Positions 9,595 through 18,919 of a stretch of DNA of 54,260 nucleotides are shown in pieces (position 1 is the stretch's first letter; each line of letters begins with the position of its first letter). The notes beneath the pieces were generated by a model. It had not been told where the DNA came from, ran no database searches, and saw only the letters and a program-made list of their open reading frames with translations. Origin of the DNA: Lysobacterales bacterium (GTDB lineage: Bacteria; Pseudomonadota; Gammaproteobacteria; Xanthomonadales; SZUA-36); the NCBI GenBank assembly GCA_013042835.1, contig JABDPJ010000197.1, positions 1 to 54,260 of the forward strand. The letters are read 5' to 3'. Both the position numbers and the translations under genes were made by a program.

Positions 9595-10434
9595 CTAGAT
9601 TGCTTCCACGGCCTTGCGACTGAGCGCGAGCAACTCCCTGGCATGCCTGTCCCGTTTCAGCATCCAACTGAACAGAACATCCACCACGTGCTGTTGCGAG
9701 GCACTGGAAATGATCTGCGGCACCTGGAAGCTCCCCTCGTGATTGACGCAAAACAGGCGTATGTCCGCCAGCGAACGGACCGGGTTGGCATTGTAATTGG
9801 TCAGGGAAATAACCGTCGTGCCGGCCTTCTTGGCCTGTCGGGTAATCTGCACCATTTTTGGCGATTGGCCGGCGTATGAGATGACAAAAACCGCATCCCC
9901 CGGACCCAGGGTGGCAATACTGGATAGCTGGATATAGGTGTCCACTTCCGCGATCACCGATTTACCGATCTGTATCAGGTTACTGGCGAAATTTCTCGCC
10001 ACCAGCGAACCGGCGCCCAGCGCAACAATCTGTATCCTGCCACTTTTCTCCAGGACTTTGACCGCGGCGAGCAGGCGCTCCTCGTCATTCAGTTCCATGG
10101 TAGTCAGCAAGGCTTCGTTCTTGTCATTGTAAAGCGATTGGGGAACGGACCCGGTCCCCGTTTCGGTCGCCTGACCGGTTTCATTGGGGCGTTCGTCGGT
10201 TTCATTCTTGACCACTGCCTCGTGGATGGCCAGCTTGAGGTCCGTGAAGCCGCGGTAATTCAGTTTCTGGCTGAACTTGATGATACTTGACTGGCTGACT
10301 CCCACCGCGGCGGCGAGGTTTTGCGATGAGTAGTCCCTGATCAATGCAGCATTACGGAGGATGAAATCCGCAATCTTCTTTTCGTTGGCTGACAACTCCT
10401 CCCGAACGGCCCGCATTTTCACAAGACAGGACAT
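9595..10434 (-). CDS. RpiR/MurR-family transcriptional regulator (HTH + SIS domain)
   Basis: 279 aa with an N-terminal HTH_6-like segment (LSANEKKIADFILRN ... SQSSIIKFSQKLNYRGFTDLK). The C-terminal SIS domain has IVALGAGSLVA. Confidence 0.85.
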   Translation of the reverse strand: MSCLVKMRAVREELSANEKKIADFILRNAALIRDYSSQNLAAAVGVSQSSIIKFSQKLNYRGFTDLKLAIHEAVVKNETDERPNETGQATETGTGSVPQSLYNDKNEALLTTMELNDEERLLAAVKVLEKSGRIQIVALGAGSLVARNFASNLIQIGKSVIAEVDTYIQLSSIATLGPGDAVFVISYAGQSPKMVQITRQAKKAGTTVISLTNYNANPVRSLADIRLFCVNHEGSFQVPQIISSASQQHVVDVLFSWMLKRDRHARELLALSRKAVEAI

Positions 10435-10513
10435 ATGACCCTATTCCGATTGACAATCCATATGCCCTATAAAATAACATAGCGAAATAATAATTCAGCT
10501 AAAAAATAATAAA

Positions 10514-12925
10514 TTATTCCTGTTTATTCGAAATCAGCGTGAGCCTGTCATCATAAAGCCGCCTCTCGACGCCAAGGACGCGCCCGTCCTCATCCAGCAG
10601 CGGGAAAATGTAAACCGGGTCCAGCTGCGCCCGCCAGTGACCCGACGGCCCTTTTTCAACGTTGATTTCGATGTGTCCGTAGTGCTTGCCGCCATCTATC
10701 AATACGCCCTGTTCAGAATAGACTTCGGGCGAATCCAAGTGCGCCAGAAACACCTTGTAGGGGTTATCCACGTACCTGTCCGGTCCACGTAAGCCATCGC
10801 CACCGATGCCAATATCGAAAAAGTGTATTTCGTGTGCGCTTTCAACGCCGGCGGGAGTAACTTCCGTGCCTGCCAGCATGGAGTGCTCGTACATCTCATC
10901 GTGGCCATTGAATACCGCGTCCACGCCATGACGGAGGAACAGCGGGGTCAATGAGCGTATGGGTTGTGCAGAAAGTATGTCGTGACGGGGCAGGATTCCG
11001 GGCGGCCTTGCATGTATGCCCGAGGAATAAGGCGCGCCGTGAAACATGACGAATGTAAAGCGACTGTCTTGCTGGGCCCGGCGGAGCTCCTGCACCAGCC
11101 ATTCATATTGCGCCGAGCCGGGATGCCAGTCAGGCGCATGGCCTGCATCGTTTTCCCCACGCAGCCTCCAATTGGTATCGCGGTCGCTCTGGTGCGGCTG
11201 ACCATCGGTGGTGTCGAGCGCGATGAGTGTCACCTGGGCATATTTGAGGACATAGTAACGCTCGGAATGAGTGCCGCTTTCACTGCCGTTGCGCGGCAGG
11301 TCAAAGTAACTCTGATACTTGCGGATGGCGCGCTCTGAATCTTCTGTTGAATATTTCCCCAGTTCTCCCGGGCCACCAAAGTAATCATGATTTCCCAGGG
11401 CCGGCATAATGGGTATCGATGCAGCGAGCCCGGCGTTGTGCCACCAAAACTCATCCCAGTCACGCTGCTCCCCGCCGGACTCGACGATATCACCGGCGAT
11501 GGCCACAAAGTCGGGCTGCCTGTGCCCGATGACTTCCAGGTTGTGTCGATAGCCATCGGTTTGATCCAGGGGATATCTGCGTCTCCCGTTCGCACCATTC
11601 GCAGCGGACCATAGTGCGTGTTTACCTGTGGATTCCGGTTCCGTTTCACTGTCTGCGTACACGATAAAGCGCACCGGCACTTCACCATCATCCACGGTCC
11701 GGAAGCGTCCGCCGGCAGCCCTTTCATCCTGGCTGACCTGGTAACTGTATTCAGTGCCCGGCTTGAGTCCGGTAACCCTTATCTGGTGCAGCCAGGGCGG
11801 CTTCACTTCGCTGCAGTCGGCCAAACGGCATTTTTCGGCCGGATGGTAATACAGAGCGGTCGCTTCGACCGGGTTTGATTCGAATACTGCGCTATCCGCA
11901 GCGCCCGGTTCGGTTGCGCTGAGCCGCAACTGCCCTGCCCGCTTGCTGTTGCTCAGCCAGATCACGGTCATCGCATCGCTGGCAGGGTTCTGCACGTAGG
12001 GTGTCACGCGAAATCCGCAGGCGCCGAAACGGTCTGCTAACGTTTCTTCCGGCAGGTAACCAGCCAGCCTTTGCAACCAACCGGGCAGCCAGCGGGCCTC
12101 ATTTCGCTCTGCCGGCGACAGCTCGACTCGAAGGCTCAAACGACTCGCGGCAGCCGACTTGAACTGCCCGACGATATCGTCACAACCACCGGCACCGGCG
12201 CGCACTTCCAGTAAAGAATCCAGTACCTGCACCAGCCCCCATCCCTGGCCCTGGTACCGCTCACGGGGATTATTGCCCAGGCCCTTGAAATTGTAGTAAT
12301 CAACGACTGCAAACAGGCCAGCCGGCGTGTCGACAAGCTGTTGCAGAAGTCCGGTCAAGGCCTGCTTTCTCCCGCCCGGAAGCTCGAGCTCGCGCCAACG
12401 CTGTGCGAAGGCGGAGACAATAAACTGCGCTTGCTGCTGACGGGTGGCATCCAGCCAGTCGCGCAACTCGTTCACTTCAGGGGATGCCAGGGCCGCTTCA
12501 AATTGCGCTTTACTGCTCCAGGGTGCGGCAAAGGGTTCCAGCTCCCGCAGCCAGGCGGGCATTGCGGCACCCTGCGGCTCCAGCTGGCGCACGAACTCGA
12601 CCATGGCGGGAAATTGTTCGTCAAAGGGTGCATCGACGCCTTCGGGAAACCAGATAAAGTGACCAATACCCAGCGACGGGAAATCCTCACCGGCGTTCCA
12701 ATGGACCAGGTATTCCCTGTTGCCACCGGTTTCGTTCTGGTAGATACGCGAGCCTATCGAGTCAAATGCTTTCCTGTCCATGCGGGGAAGCTCGAGTCCG
12801 GCATCGCGGGCTTCGGTCTCTATACCCGCGACTCCGGCATCCTCGACAGGTTCGCGCAGAGCGATAAACAACACTGCCACTAGCAACAGTGTAAAAAGCA
12901 CAAACAGCAATGCTCTATTTTTCAT
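10514..12925 (-). CDS. Membrane-anchored or secreted fusion protein: unassigned N-terminal domain + purple-acid-phosphatase-type FN3-like domain + calcineurin-like metallophosphoesterase
   Basis: 803 aa with an N-terminal hydrophobic anchor MKNRALLFVLFTLLLVAVLFIAL. Metallophosphoesterase motifs are present: YADSE, AGDIVESGG, GNHDY, FHGAPY and NGHDEMYEH. The preceding beta-rich segment (VTGLKPGTEYSYQV) resembles the PAP N-terminal domain. I do not recognise the first ~290 aa (IYQNETGGN..., GIGHFIWFPEG). Confidence 0.7.
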   Translation of the reverse strand: MKNRALLFVLFTLLLVAVLFIALREPVEDAGVAGIETEARDAGLELPRMDRKAFDSIGSRIYQNETGGNREYLVHWNAGEDFPSLGIGHFIWFPEGVDAPFDEQFPAMVEFVRQLEPQGAAMPAWLRELEPFAAPWSSKAQFEAALASPEVNELRDWLDATRQQQAQFIVSAFAQRWRELELPGGRKQALTGLLQQLVDTPAGLFAVVDYYNFKGLGNNPRERYQGQGWGLVQVLDSLLEVRAGAGGCDDIVGQFKSAAASRLSLRVELSPAERNEARWLPGWLQRLAGYLPEETLADRFGACGFRVTPYVQNPASDAMTVIWLSNSKRAGQLRLSATEPGAADSAVFESNPVEATALYYHPAEKCRLADCSEVKPPWLHQIRVTGLKPGTEYSYQVSQDERAAGGRFRTVDDGEVPVRFIVYADSETEPESTGKHALWSAANGANGRRRYPLDQTDGYRHNLEVIGHRQPDFVAIAGDIVESGGEQRDWDEFWWHNAGLAASIPIMPALGNHDYFGGPGELGKYSTEDSERAIRKYQSYFDLPRNGSESGTHSERYYVLKYAQVTLIALDTTDGQPHQSDRDTNWRLRGENDAGHAPDWHPGSAQYEWLVQELRRAQQDSRFTFVMFHGAPYSSGIHARPPGILPRHDILSAQPIRSLTPLFLRHGVDAVFNGHDEMYEHSMLAGTEVTPAGVESAHEIHFFDIGIGGDGLRGPDRYVDNPYKVFLAHLDSPEVYSEQGVLIDGGKHYGHIEINVEKGPSGHWRAQLDPVYIFPLLDEDGRVLGVERRLYDDRLTLISNKQE

Positions 12926-13096
12926 AAACTGAAATCACTGGACATGGAGACCCCGGTTTTCCGTACAATATACGCCATAACAGCAGACCCTGGACTGTTC
13001 ATTATAGTGACAATCGTTCATCGTGTTGGCGAAACACCGGCCCAGCGGCCCAGCTCCCGCCTTCGCGCCTGTAACCGGTAGCAAAGAGAAAAAAAC

Positions 13097-14023
13097 ATGG
13101 CGGGTTCTTCAAAAAAGGCAATTTTCGCGGCCCTTATCGGCAACTCTCTGATAGCGGTAACCAAGTTCGCCGCAGCGGTCCACACCGGCAGCGCTGCGAT
13201 GATGAGTGAAGGCATTCACTCGCTTGTCGATTCGGGTAACCAGGTCCTGCTTTTGTGGGGAATCCGCTCCGCAAACCGGCCCGCCAGTCCCGAGTTCCCG
13301 TTCGGCCACGGCAAGGAAATTTATTTCTGGAGTTTCGTTGTTGCCATGCTGATTTTCGCGCTCGGCGGAACGGTTTCGCTGTACAAGGGCTGGCAGCACC
13401 TGGCGCACCCCACCACTATCGAAAACATTGCCATTAACTACGTGGTACTCGGTTTTGCGGTGATTTTTGAAACGGCGGCATTGTGGGTGGCGCTCAAGGA
13501 GTTCAACCTGAGCCGTGGGTCGCGCAGCATCTACAGGGCGATTGTGAAGGGCAAGGACCCCACGCTGTTCGTGGTCGTATTTGAAGATTCCGCAGCGCTG
13601 TTGGGACTCCTGGTGGCGCTGGCCGGGTTGATTATGTACCAACTCACCGGCAACCCGGTGTACGACGCCATCGCTTCGATGGGCATTGGCGTAGTCCTAA
13701 TCCTGACAGCCCTGATCCTGGCCATCGAGAGCAAAAGCCTGTTGATCGGCGAAAGTGCCGACCCGAAAATTGTCAACGGGATACGGGCTATTCTAGGCGG
13801 TGACGAAAGATTAATCACGGTTAACGAAGTGGCCACCTTGCACATGGGGCCGGATTTTATCGTTGTGACCATCTCGGTCGATTTTGTCGATGCATTGACC
13901 TCGGCCGAAATCGAGCAGGCCGTCACCCAGCTAACCAGGACAATCAAGGCGACTGACCTGCGCATCAAGCGTGTATTCATTGAGGCGGAACGCCAGTTAG
14001 ACCACCACAAGAAGGTCACATGA
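13097..14023 (+). CDS. Cation diffusion facilitator (CDF) family metal efflux transporter
   Basis: 308 aa. The N-terminus AIFAALIGNSLIAVTKFAAAVHTGSAAMMSEGIHSLVDSGNQ is typical of CDF TM1-TM2 with an HxxxD metal site. It has six TM segments plus a cytoplasmic C-terminal domain. Confidence 0.85.
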   Translation: MAGSSKKAIFAALIGNSLIAVTKFAAAVHTGSAAMMSEGIHSLVDSGNQVLLLWGIRSANRPASPEFPFGHGKEIYFWSFVVAMLIFALGGTVSLYKGWQHLAHPTTIENIAINYVVLGFAVIFETAALWVALKEFNLSRGSRSIYRAIVKGKDPTLFVVVFEDSAALLGLLVALAGLIMYQLTGNPVYDAIASMGIGVVLILTALILAIESKSLLIGESADPKIVNGIRAILGGDERLITVNEVATLHMGPDFIVVTISVDFVDALTSAEIEQAVTQLTRTIKATDLRIKRVFIEAERQLDHHKKVT

Positions 14024-14102
14024 CTGGAGTCCCTGGCGTCAGGGGCGGCAAACAAATCAAGCCATCATTTCTCGTTCCCGCGAACGGCTCGCGGTGGTAC
14101 TG

Positions 14103-15080
14103 TCAAACTGTCTGGTAGTAAAGATTTTGCGGATGATTCGCCTGCGCAAAGAAAAACCAGCGCTCCAGGACGAGGCCCGCATACTGGACCAGGAAAGCCA
14201 GTACCAGCAGAGCCGGCGAGGCCGCCACCAGGCCGCCTGCAAGCATTACCAGCGGAACGGGAAAGACCAGTAGCAGGAACAGCCACTTGATGTTTTTGTA
14301 CTTGCGCTGTGAAGCGCCGTGAAAATATTCACGCGTATTGAAGGAGCCGCCCATCGCGCCCTGCGCTTTCTGCTCAATTCTGCTGTGGCGGACGCCGATG
14401 GCTGTCTCCATCGTTGACTTTGGCTGCAGGCTGGCATTGCGCACCAGGCTGGCGGAACGGCCAATCAGGGCCAGCACGGTCAGGATAATGGCCCAGGCGC
14501 CGAAGAAGCCGGTCTGCGCCGACTCCTGGTAAGCGGCGAAACCCGTTACCAGCGTGAATCCCGAAGCCCATCCCAGCAGCGTGTAATTGATCACGGTCCA
14601 CGGCGTTGCCCACTCCTGCAACATCTTGATACAGGCATAGATCATGCCGGTGCACAGGAACAAGGCGAAACAAAGCACTGTCGCGACAGCGCCCGCGAGC
14701 AGTGACAGGTCGACCGGAAAAGAGTCTCCCAGTGTAAACAAAACTGGATTCCAGCCCGTGAAATGCAACAACCCCCAGGCAGCGACCGAGGCCATGAAAA
14801 CCGGCAGCACAATAACCTCACGCGACATCCATGACGTGCGCCAGCGAGCCGCTGAGCGCCAGGCGCGCTCCGGACGACCGAGGTGGAAAAATGAACTACC
14901 CAGACCCGCCACCAGCAATGCCAGCGAAATCAGGCTGCCCAGGACATAAAACTGGCCGGAACTTTCCGCCGGTAACAATTTGAAGACCGAATATAACTGC
15001 CCCGTGTAGAGCGCCAGGAACAGGCCCTGGCCGGCGCCGATAAGAGTGGTCAGAAAAATGATTGAAAATGCGGGATGCAT
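14103..15080 (-). CDS. DmsC-type membrane anchor subunit of a Mo-oxidoreductase (SoeC-like)
   Basis: 325 aa and polytopic (MHPAFSIIFLTTLIGAGQGLFLAL...). It is the last gene of a three-gene A-B-C cluster. Confidence 0.7.
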   Translation of the reverse strand: MHPAFSIIFLTTLIGAGQGLFLALYTGQLYSVFKLLPAESSGQFYVLGSLISLALLVAGLGSSFFHLGRPERAWRSAARWRTSWMSREVIVLPVFMASVAAWGLLHFTGWNPVLFTLGDSFPVDLSLLAGAVATVLCFALFLCTGMIYACIKMLQEWATPWTVINYTLLGWASGFTLVTGFAAYQESAQTGFFGAWAIILTVLALIGRSASLVRNASLQPKSTMETAIGVRHSRIEQKAQGAMGGSFNTREYFHGASQRKYKNIKWLFLLLVFPVPLVMLAGGLVAASPALLVLAFLVQYAGLVLERWFFFAQANHPQNLYYQTV

Positions 15081-15101
15081 GATGGTTTCCTTCGTATCCG
15101 T

Positions 15102-15833
15102 TTACCAGCTGGTCGTCTCGTCAAGTGTCGGTTCGCTATCGTCCGGCATGGGTTTCCGACGTTCTTTTCTGAGCGGATTGTCGGCGCGCTCCAGTTCATC
15201 TTCGTGGATGGTAATGCTGACTTTCTGCCGTGGCAGGTAATGATTGGCGGGCTTTGTACCCCACTCCGGCATGAGTTGGTAACCGCCGCTCTCCCTGATG
15301 GCGACAGCGACCTCGGAGTCCGGGTCATTGACGTCGCCAAACAGGCGCGCCTCGGCCGGGCAAGCAAGCACACAGGCCGGTTTACGTTCGCTTTCGGGCA
15401 GCGACTCGTCGTAAATCCGGTCGACGCACAGCGTGCACTTCTTCATGATCTTCTGATGCGCATCCAGTTCCCGCGCGCCATAGGGACAGGCCCAGGAACA
15501 GTAGTTGCAACCGATGCACTTGTCACTGTCGACCAGCACGATACCATCGGACTCGCGCTTGTAGCTGGCGCCGGTCGGACACACCGGTACGCAGGGCGGA
15601 TCTTCGCAATGCAGGCAGCTCTTCGGAAAATGAACGGTTTCGGTATCCGGAAATTGTCCGACCTCGAAGCTTTGCACGCGGTTGAAAAAGGTACCAACCG
15701 GGTCAGCACCGTAGGGATTCATATCAGACAGGTAGCCCGCCGTGCCGGAGGTGTTCCACTCCTTGCAGCTGGTGACGCAGGCATGACAGCCAACACAGAC
15801 ATTGAGATCGATGACCAGTGCCAGTTGAGTCAT
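15102..15833 (-). CDS. 4Fe-4S ferredoxin-type electron-transfer subunit (DmsB/PsrB family; SoeB-like)
   Basis: 243 aa with four Cys clusters: CVGCHACVTSC, CLHCEDPPCVPVC, CIGCNYCSWAC and CTLC...C. The start overlaps the stop of the catalytic subunit gene (ATGA). There is no Tat motif. Confidence 0.85.
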   Translation of the reverse strand: MTQLALVIDLNVCVGCHACVTSCKEWNTSGTAGYLSDMNPYGADPVGTFFNRVQSFEVGQFPDTETVHFPKSCLHCEDPPCVPVCPTGASYKRESDGIVLVDSDKCIGCNYCSWACPYGARELDAHQKIMKKCTLCVDRIYDESLPESERKPACVLACPAEARLFGDVNDPDSEVAVAIRESGGYQLMPEWGTKPANHYLPRQKVSITIHEDELERADNPLRKERRKPMPDDSEPTLDETTSW

Positions 15834-18745
15834 GACCTGCCTCCTTTGCCAGCGAAGTAGGTTAACCAGCGGCTGGGCTTCCTGTCTGTCATCTGCCCGG
15901 GAACGGAGGGCAAGGTATCGAACTGCGGTGAGCTGACCTTCTCCTCCCCCGCCCCTGCCGGGTAGATGCGCACCCGGACGTCAAACCAGCCGGCCTGGCC
16001 GGTAATCGGGTCGGAATTGGACAGGTGATCGCCGTCTTCTGATGGCGGCAACTCCTCGCTGATGAGGTGGTTGAGCAAAAAGCCTTTCTTAGCCTCGTTG
16101 GCATCGCCGTCCAGCGACCATGCGCCCGATGCTTTGCCGATAGCATTCCAGGTCCAGACCGTACCCGGTTCGACAGCTTCGGAATGCCGGCACAGGCAAC
16201 GAACTTTGCCGTGCATGGACTCGACCCACATCCAGCCACCGTCCTCGATGCCTGCTGCCTGCGCCGTCTTCGTATTCACGTACAGGAAGTTGTAGGTATG
16301 GATCTGCCGCAGCCAGGCGTTTTGCGAATCCCATGAGTGGTACATCGCCATGGGCCTCTGGGTCAACGCGTTGAGCGGGTATTTTTCCAGGTCGGATTGT
16401 AATGCCTCCAGGGGCTGCGAGTAGAACGGCAGCGGATCAAAGTGTCTTTCCACACGCTTGCGTAAATGATCGGGCGGCTGCCTGGTATCTGATTTGCCCT
16501 GGGCGGCGAGGCGAAACTTCTGCAAAACCTCGGAATAAATGTGAATGTTGATCGGTTCGGTATAACGCAGCAGCGCGTGGCGTTTCGCCCACTCGAGATA
16601 ACCCTGGTTCCAGTTGCGCATGTACTGGTAAGACCTCGGCAATCGATACTGAAACGCGCAGTTGTTCTTGGCGTACATCTCCCATTGTTTCGGGTTAGGC
16701 TCACCTTTCATGAACTTGTCGCCGTCCTTACCCCGCCATCCGGCCAGGAAGCCGATACCGGAACCCGGCGCCGTCTCGTAATTGACCACGAAGTCGGCGT
16801 AGTCACTGAACTTCGGACTGCCGTCGGCGTTGGTGAATGCAGGTAATTTCAGCCGTCCGGCCAATTCAATCAGCACGTCCTGGAACGGCCTGCACTGGCC
16901 GGTCGGTGGCAGCACCGGCACCCGCACGGAGTCGGCCGGACCTTCATAAGCGGAAATCGGCCGGTCCAGCATCGACATGACGTCGTGGCGTTCCAGGTAA
17001 GTGGTGTCGGGTAAAACCAGGTCCGCGAAGGCCACCGTTTCCGACTGAAAAGCGTCAGCGACGATAATGAACGGGATTTTGTATTCGCCGTCCTCTTCCT
17101 TGTCGACGAGCATTTCCCGCACGCCGGAGGTGTTCATACTGGAGTTCCAGGCCACGTTGGCCATGAACAGCATCAGCGTGTCAATTTTGTACGGGTCTCC
17201 CCGCCACGCATTGGTGATCGCGTTGTGCATCATGCCGTGCACCGACAGTGGAAACTCCCACGAGAACGCCTTGTCGAGGCGCACCGGGCTGCCGTCGTCA
17301 TTGACGAACAGGTCGTCCGGATCGGCCGGGAAACCCAGTGGCATCCCGTCCAGCGGCGTATTCGGCTGCACCGCCCGTGGATCGTTTGGCGGCTTGGCGC
17401 AGGGAGGTATCGGCCGCGGGAACGGCGCCTTGTGGCGAAAACCGCCGGGCCGGTCGATAGTGCCCAACAGGCTCATCAGGATCGACATGGCGCGGATGGT
17501 CTGGAAACCATTCGAGTGCGCCGCCAGGCCACGCATGGCATGAAACGCCACCGGGTTACCGGTGACGGTCTGGTGTTCATCACCCCAGGTATCGGTCCAG
17601 GCTATCGGCAGTTCAATTTTCTGATCACGCGCCGTAATTCCCATCTCGCGGGCCAGGCGAACGATCGTTTCCTCAGGTATGCCGGTGATTCCAGATGCCC
17701 ACTCGGCGGTATATTCGCTGACACGCTCGACCAGCAACTGGAAAGACGGTTTCACCGGCGTGCCATCCTCGAGTTCGTATTCACCCAAAAAGTAGGGGTC
17801 CACGCCCGGTGTATGGGTGGATATCGGAATATTCAGCTCACGGTCCCACCACAGTTTGTTCTGCGGATCAAAACAACCTTCCTCGTGCGGCACTTCAAAA
17901 CGCACGAACATGCCGTACTCGGATGAATTTTCATCCATGTTGACCAGTTCCGGCGCATTTGAGTACTGCGTCAGGAACTCCCGGTCATAGAGGCCCTGGC
18001 GAATGACCTCATTGATCAGGGCCAGGAACAGTGCGCCGTCGGTGCCCGGTTTGATCGGTACCCATTCGTCCGCTATGGCCGAGTAACCGGTGCGCACGGG
18101 GTTGATGGAAATGAATTTACCGCCCTGTCGTTTGAAATGGGCTATTTCCGTTTTGAGCGGGTTGGAATGGTGGTCCTCAGCCGTACCGATCATGACGAAC
18201 AGCTTGGCGCGCTCCAGGTCGGGCCCGCCAAATTCCCAGAACGAACCACCGATCGTATAAATCATTCCGGCCGCCATATTGACCGAGCAGAAACCACCGT
18301 GAGCCGCATAGTTGGGCGTACCGTATTGCTTGGCGAACAGGCCCGTCAGTGCCTGCATCTGATCGCGCCCGGTAAACAAGGCAAGCTTCTTCGGGTCACT
18401 GCCGCGCAAATGACCCATGCGCTCTTGCATGATTTCAAGCGCCTTGTCCCAGGAAATTTCTTCGAAATCACTCTCGCCCCGCTCACTGCCGGATTTGCGC
18501 ATTAACGGCCTGGTGATACGCGCCGGGCTGTACTGCTTCATGATGCCGCTCGAACCCTTTGCACAGATCACCCCCTTGTTGAGCGGATGGTCGGGGTTGC
18601 CCTGGATATAACGAACCTCACCGTCCCGCAGTGTCACGCGGATGCCGCAACGGCAGGCGCACATGTAACAGGTTGTGTTTTTGACCTCTACCTTGCTTTG
18701 TTCATCGAGTTTCTTTGACAGGGGGTCATGTATCGGATTGGACAT
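15830..18745 (-). CDS. Molybdopterin (bis-MGD) oxidoreductase catalytic subunit without Tat signal (SoeA-like sulfite dehydrogenase candidate)
   Basis: I trimmed ORF 15830..18832 to ATG 18745 (MSNPIHDPL...). It has an N-terminal FS0 cluster motif CYMCACRCG...ICAKG, is about 972 aa, and has no twin-arginine motif in either possible N-terminus. Confidence 0.75.
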   Translation of the reverse strand: MSNPIHDPLSKKLDEQSKVEVKNTTCYMCACRCGIRVTLRDGEVRYIQGNPDHPLNKGVICAKGSSGIMKQYSPARITRPLMRKSGSERGESDFEEISWDKALEIMQERMGHLRGSDPKKLALFTGRDQMQALTGLFAKQYGTPNYAAHGGFCSVNMAAGMIYTIGGSFWEFGGPDLERAKLFVMIGTAEDHHSNPLKTEIAHFKRQGGKFISINPVRTGYSAIADEWVPIKPGTDGALFLALINEVIRQGLYDREFLTQYSNAPELVNMDENSSEYGMFVRFEVPHEEGCFDPQNKLWWDRELNIPISTHTPGVDPYFLGEYELEDGTPVKPSFQLLVERVSEYTAEWASGITGIPEETIVRLAREMGITARDQKIELPIAWTDTWGDEHQTVTGNPVAFHAMRGLAAHSNGFQTIRAMSILMSLLGTIDRPGGFRHKAPFPRPIPPCAKPPNDPRAVQPNTPLDGMPLGFPADPDDLFVNDDGSPVRLDKAFSWEFPLSVHGMMHNAITNAWRGDPYKIDTLMLFMANVAWNSSMNTSGVREMLVDKEEDGEYKIPFIIVADAFQSETVAFADLVLPDTTYLERHDVMSMLDRPISAYEGPADSVRVPVLPPTGQCRPFQDVLIELAGRLKLPAFTNADGSPKFSDYADFVVNYETAPGSGIGFLAGWRGKDGDKFMKGEPNPKQWEMYAKNNCAFQYRLPRSYQYMRNWNQGYLEWAKRHALLRYTEPINIHIYSEVLQKFRLAAQGKSDTRQPPDHLRKRVERHFDPLPFYSQPLEALQSDLEKYPLNALTQRPMAMYHSWDSQNAWLRQIHTYNFLYVNTKTAQAAGIEDGGWMWVESMHGKVRCLCRHSEAVEPGTVWTWNAIGKASGAWSLDGDANEAKKGFLLNHLISEELPPSEDGDHLSNSDPITGQAGWFDVRVRIYPAGAGEEKVSSPQFDTLPSVPGQMTDRKPSRWLTYFAGKGGRS

Positions 18746-18919
18746 AAGAGTCTGCCTGTTGGGCCCGGTCCTGGCCGGAAAACGGCCATCTGCCGGACAG
18801 TTTTTCTGGTTGCTGCCGGGTTCGCAGCACACTGCTTCATAATAAACCAGATTATTACATATTAGATAATTTTAATTTACGTTAATTTTTCTTCGCTGCT
18901 AACACGCAACACGTCCTGA

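Noticed and set aside
10446-10470. Palindrome GATTGaCAATC and an AT-rich tract upstream of the RpiR-family gene, considered as a candidate operator
   Set aside because: The arms are only 5 bp, there is a single copy, and I have no known consensus to compare it with. That is too weak to call a feature.
15075-15860. 261-aa plus-strand ORF
   Set aside because: It is antisense to the four-cluster ferredoxin subunit gene, whose Cys motifs unambiguously define the coding strand.
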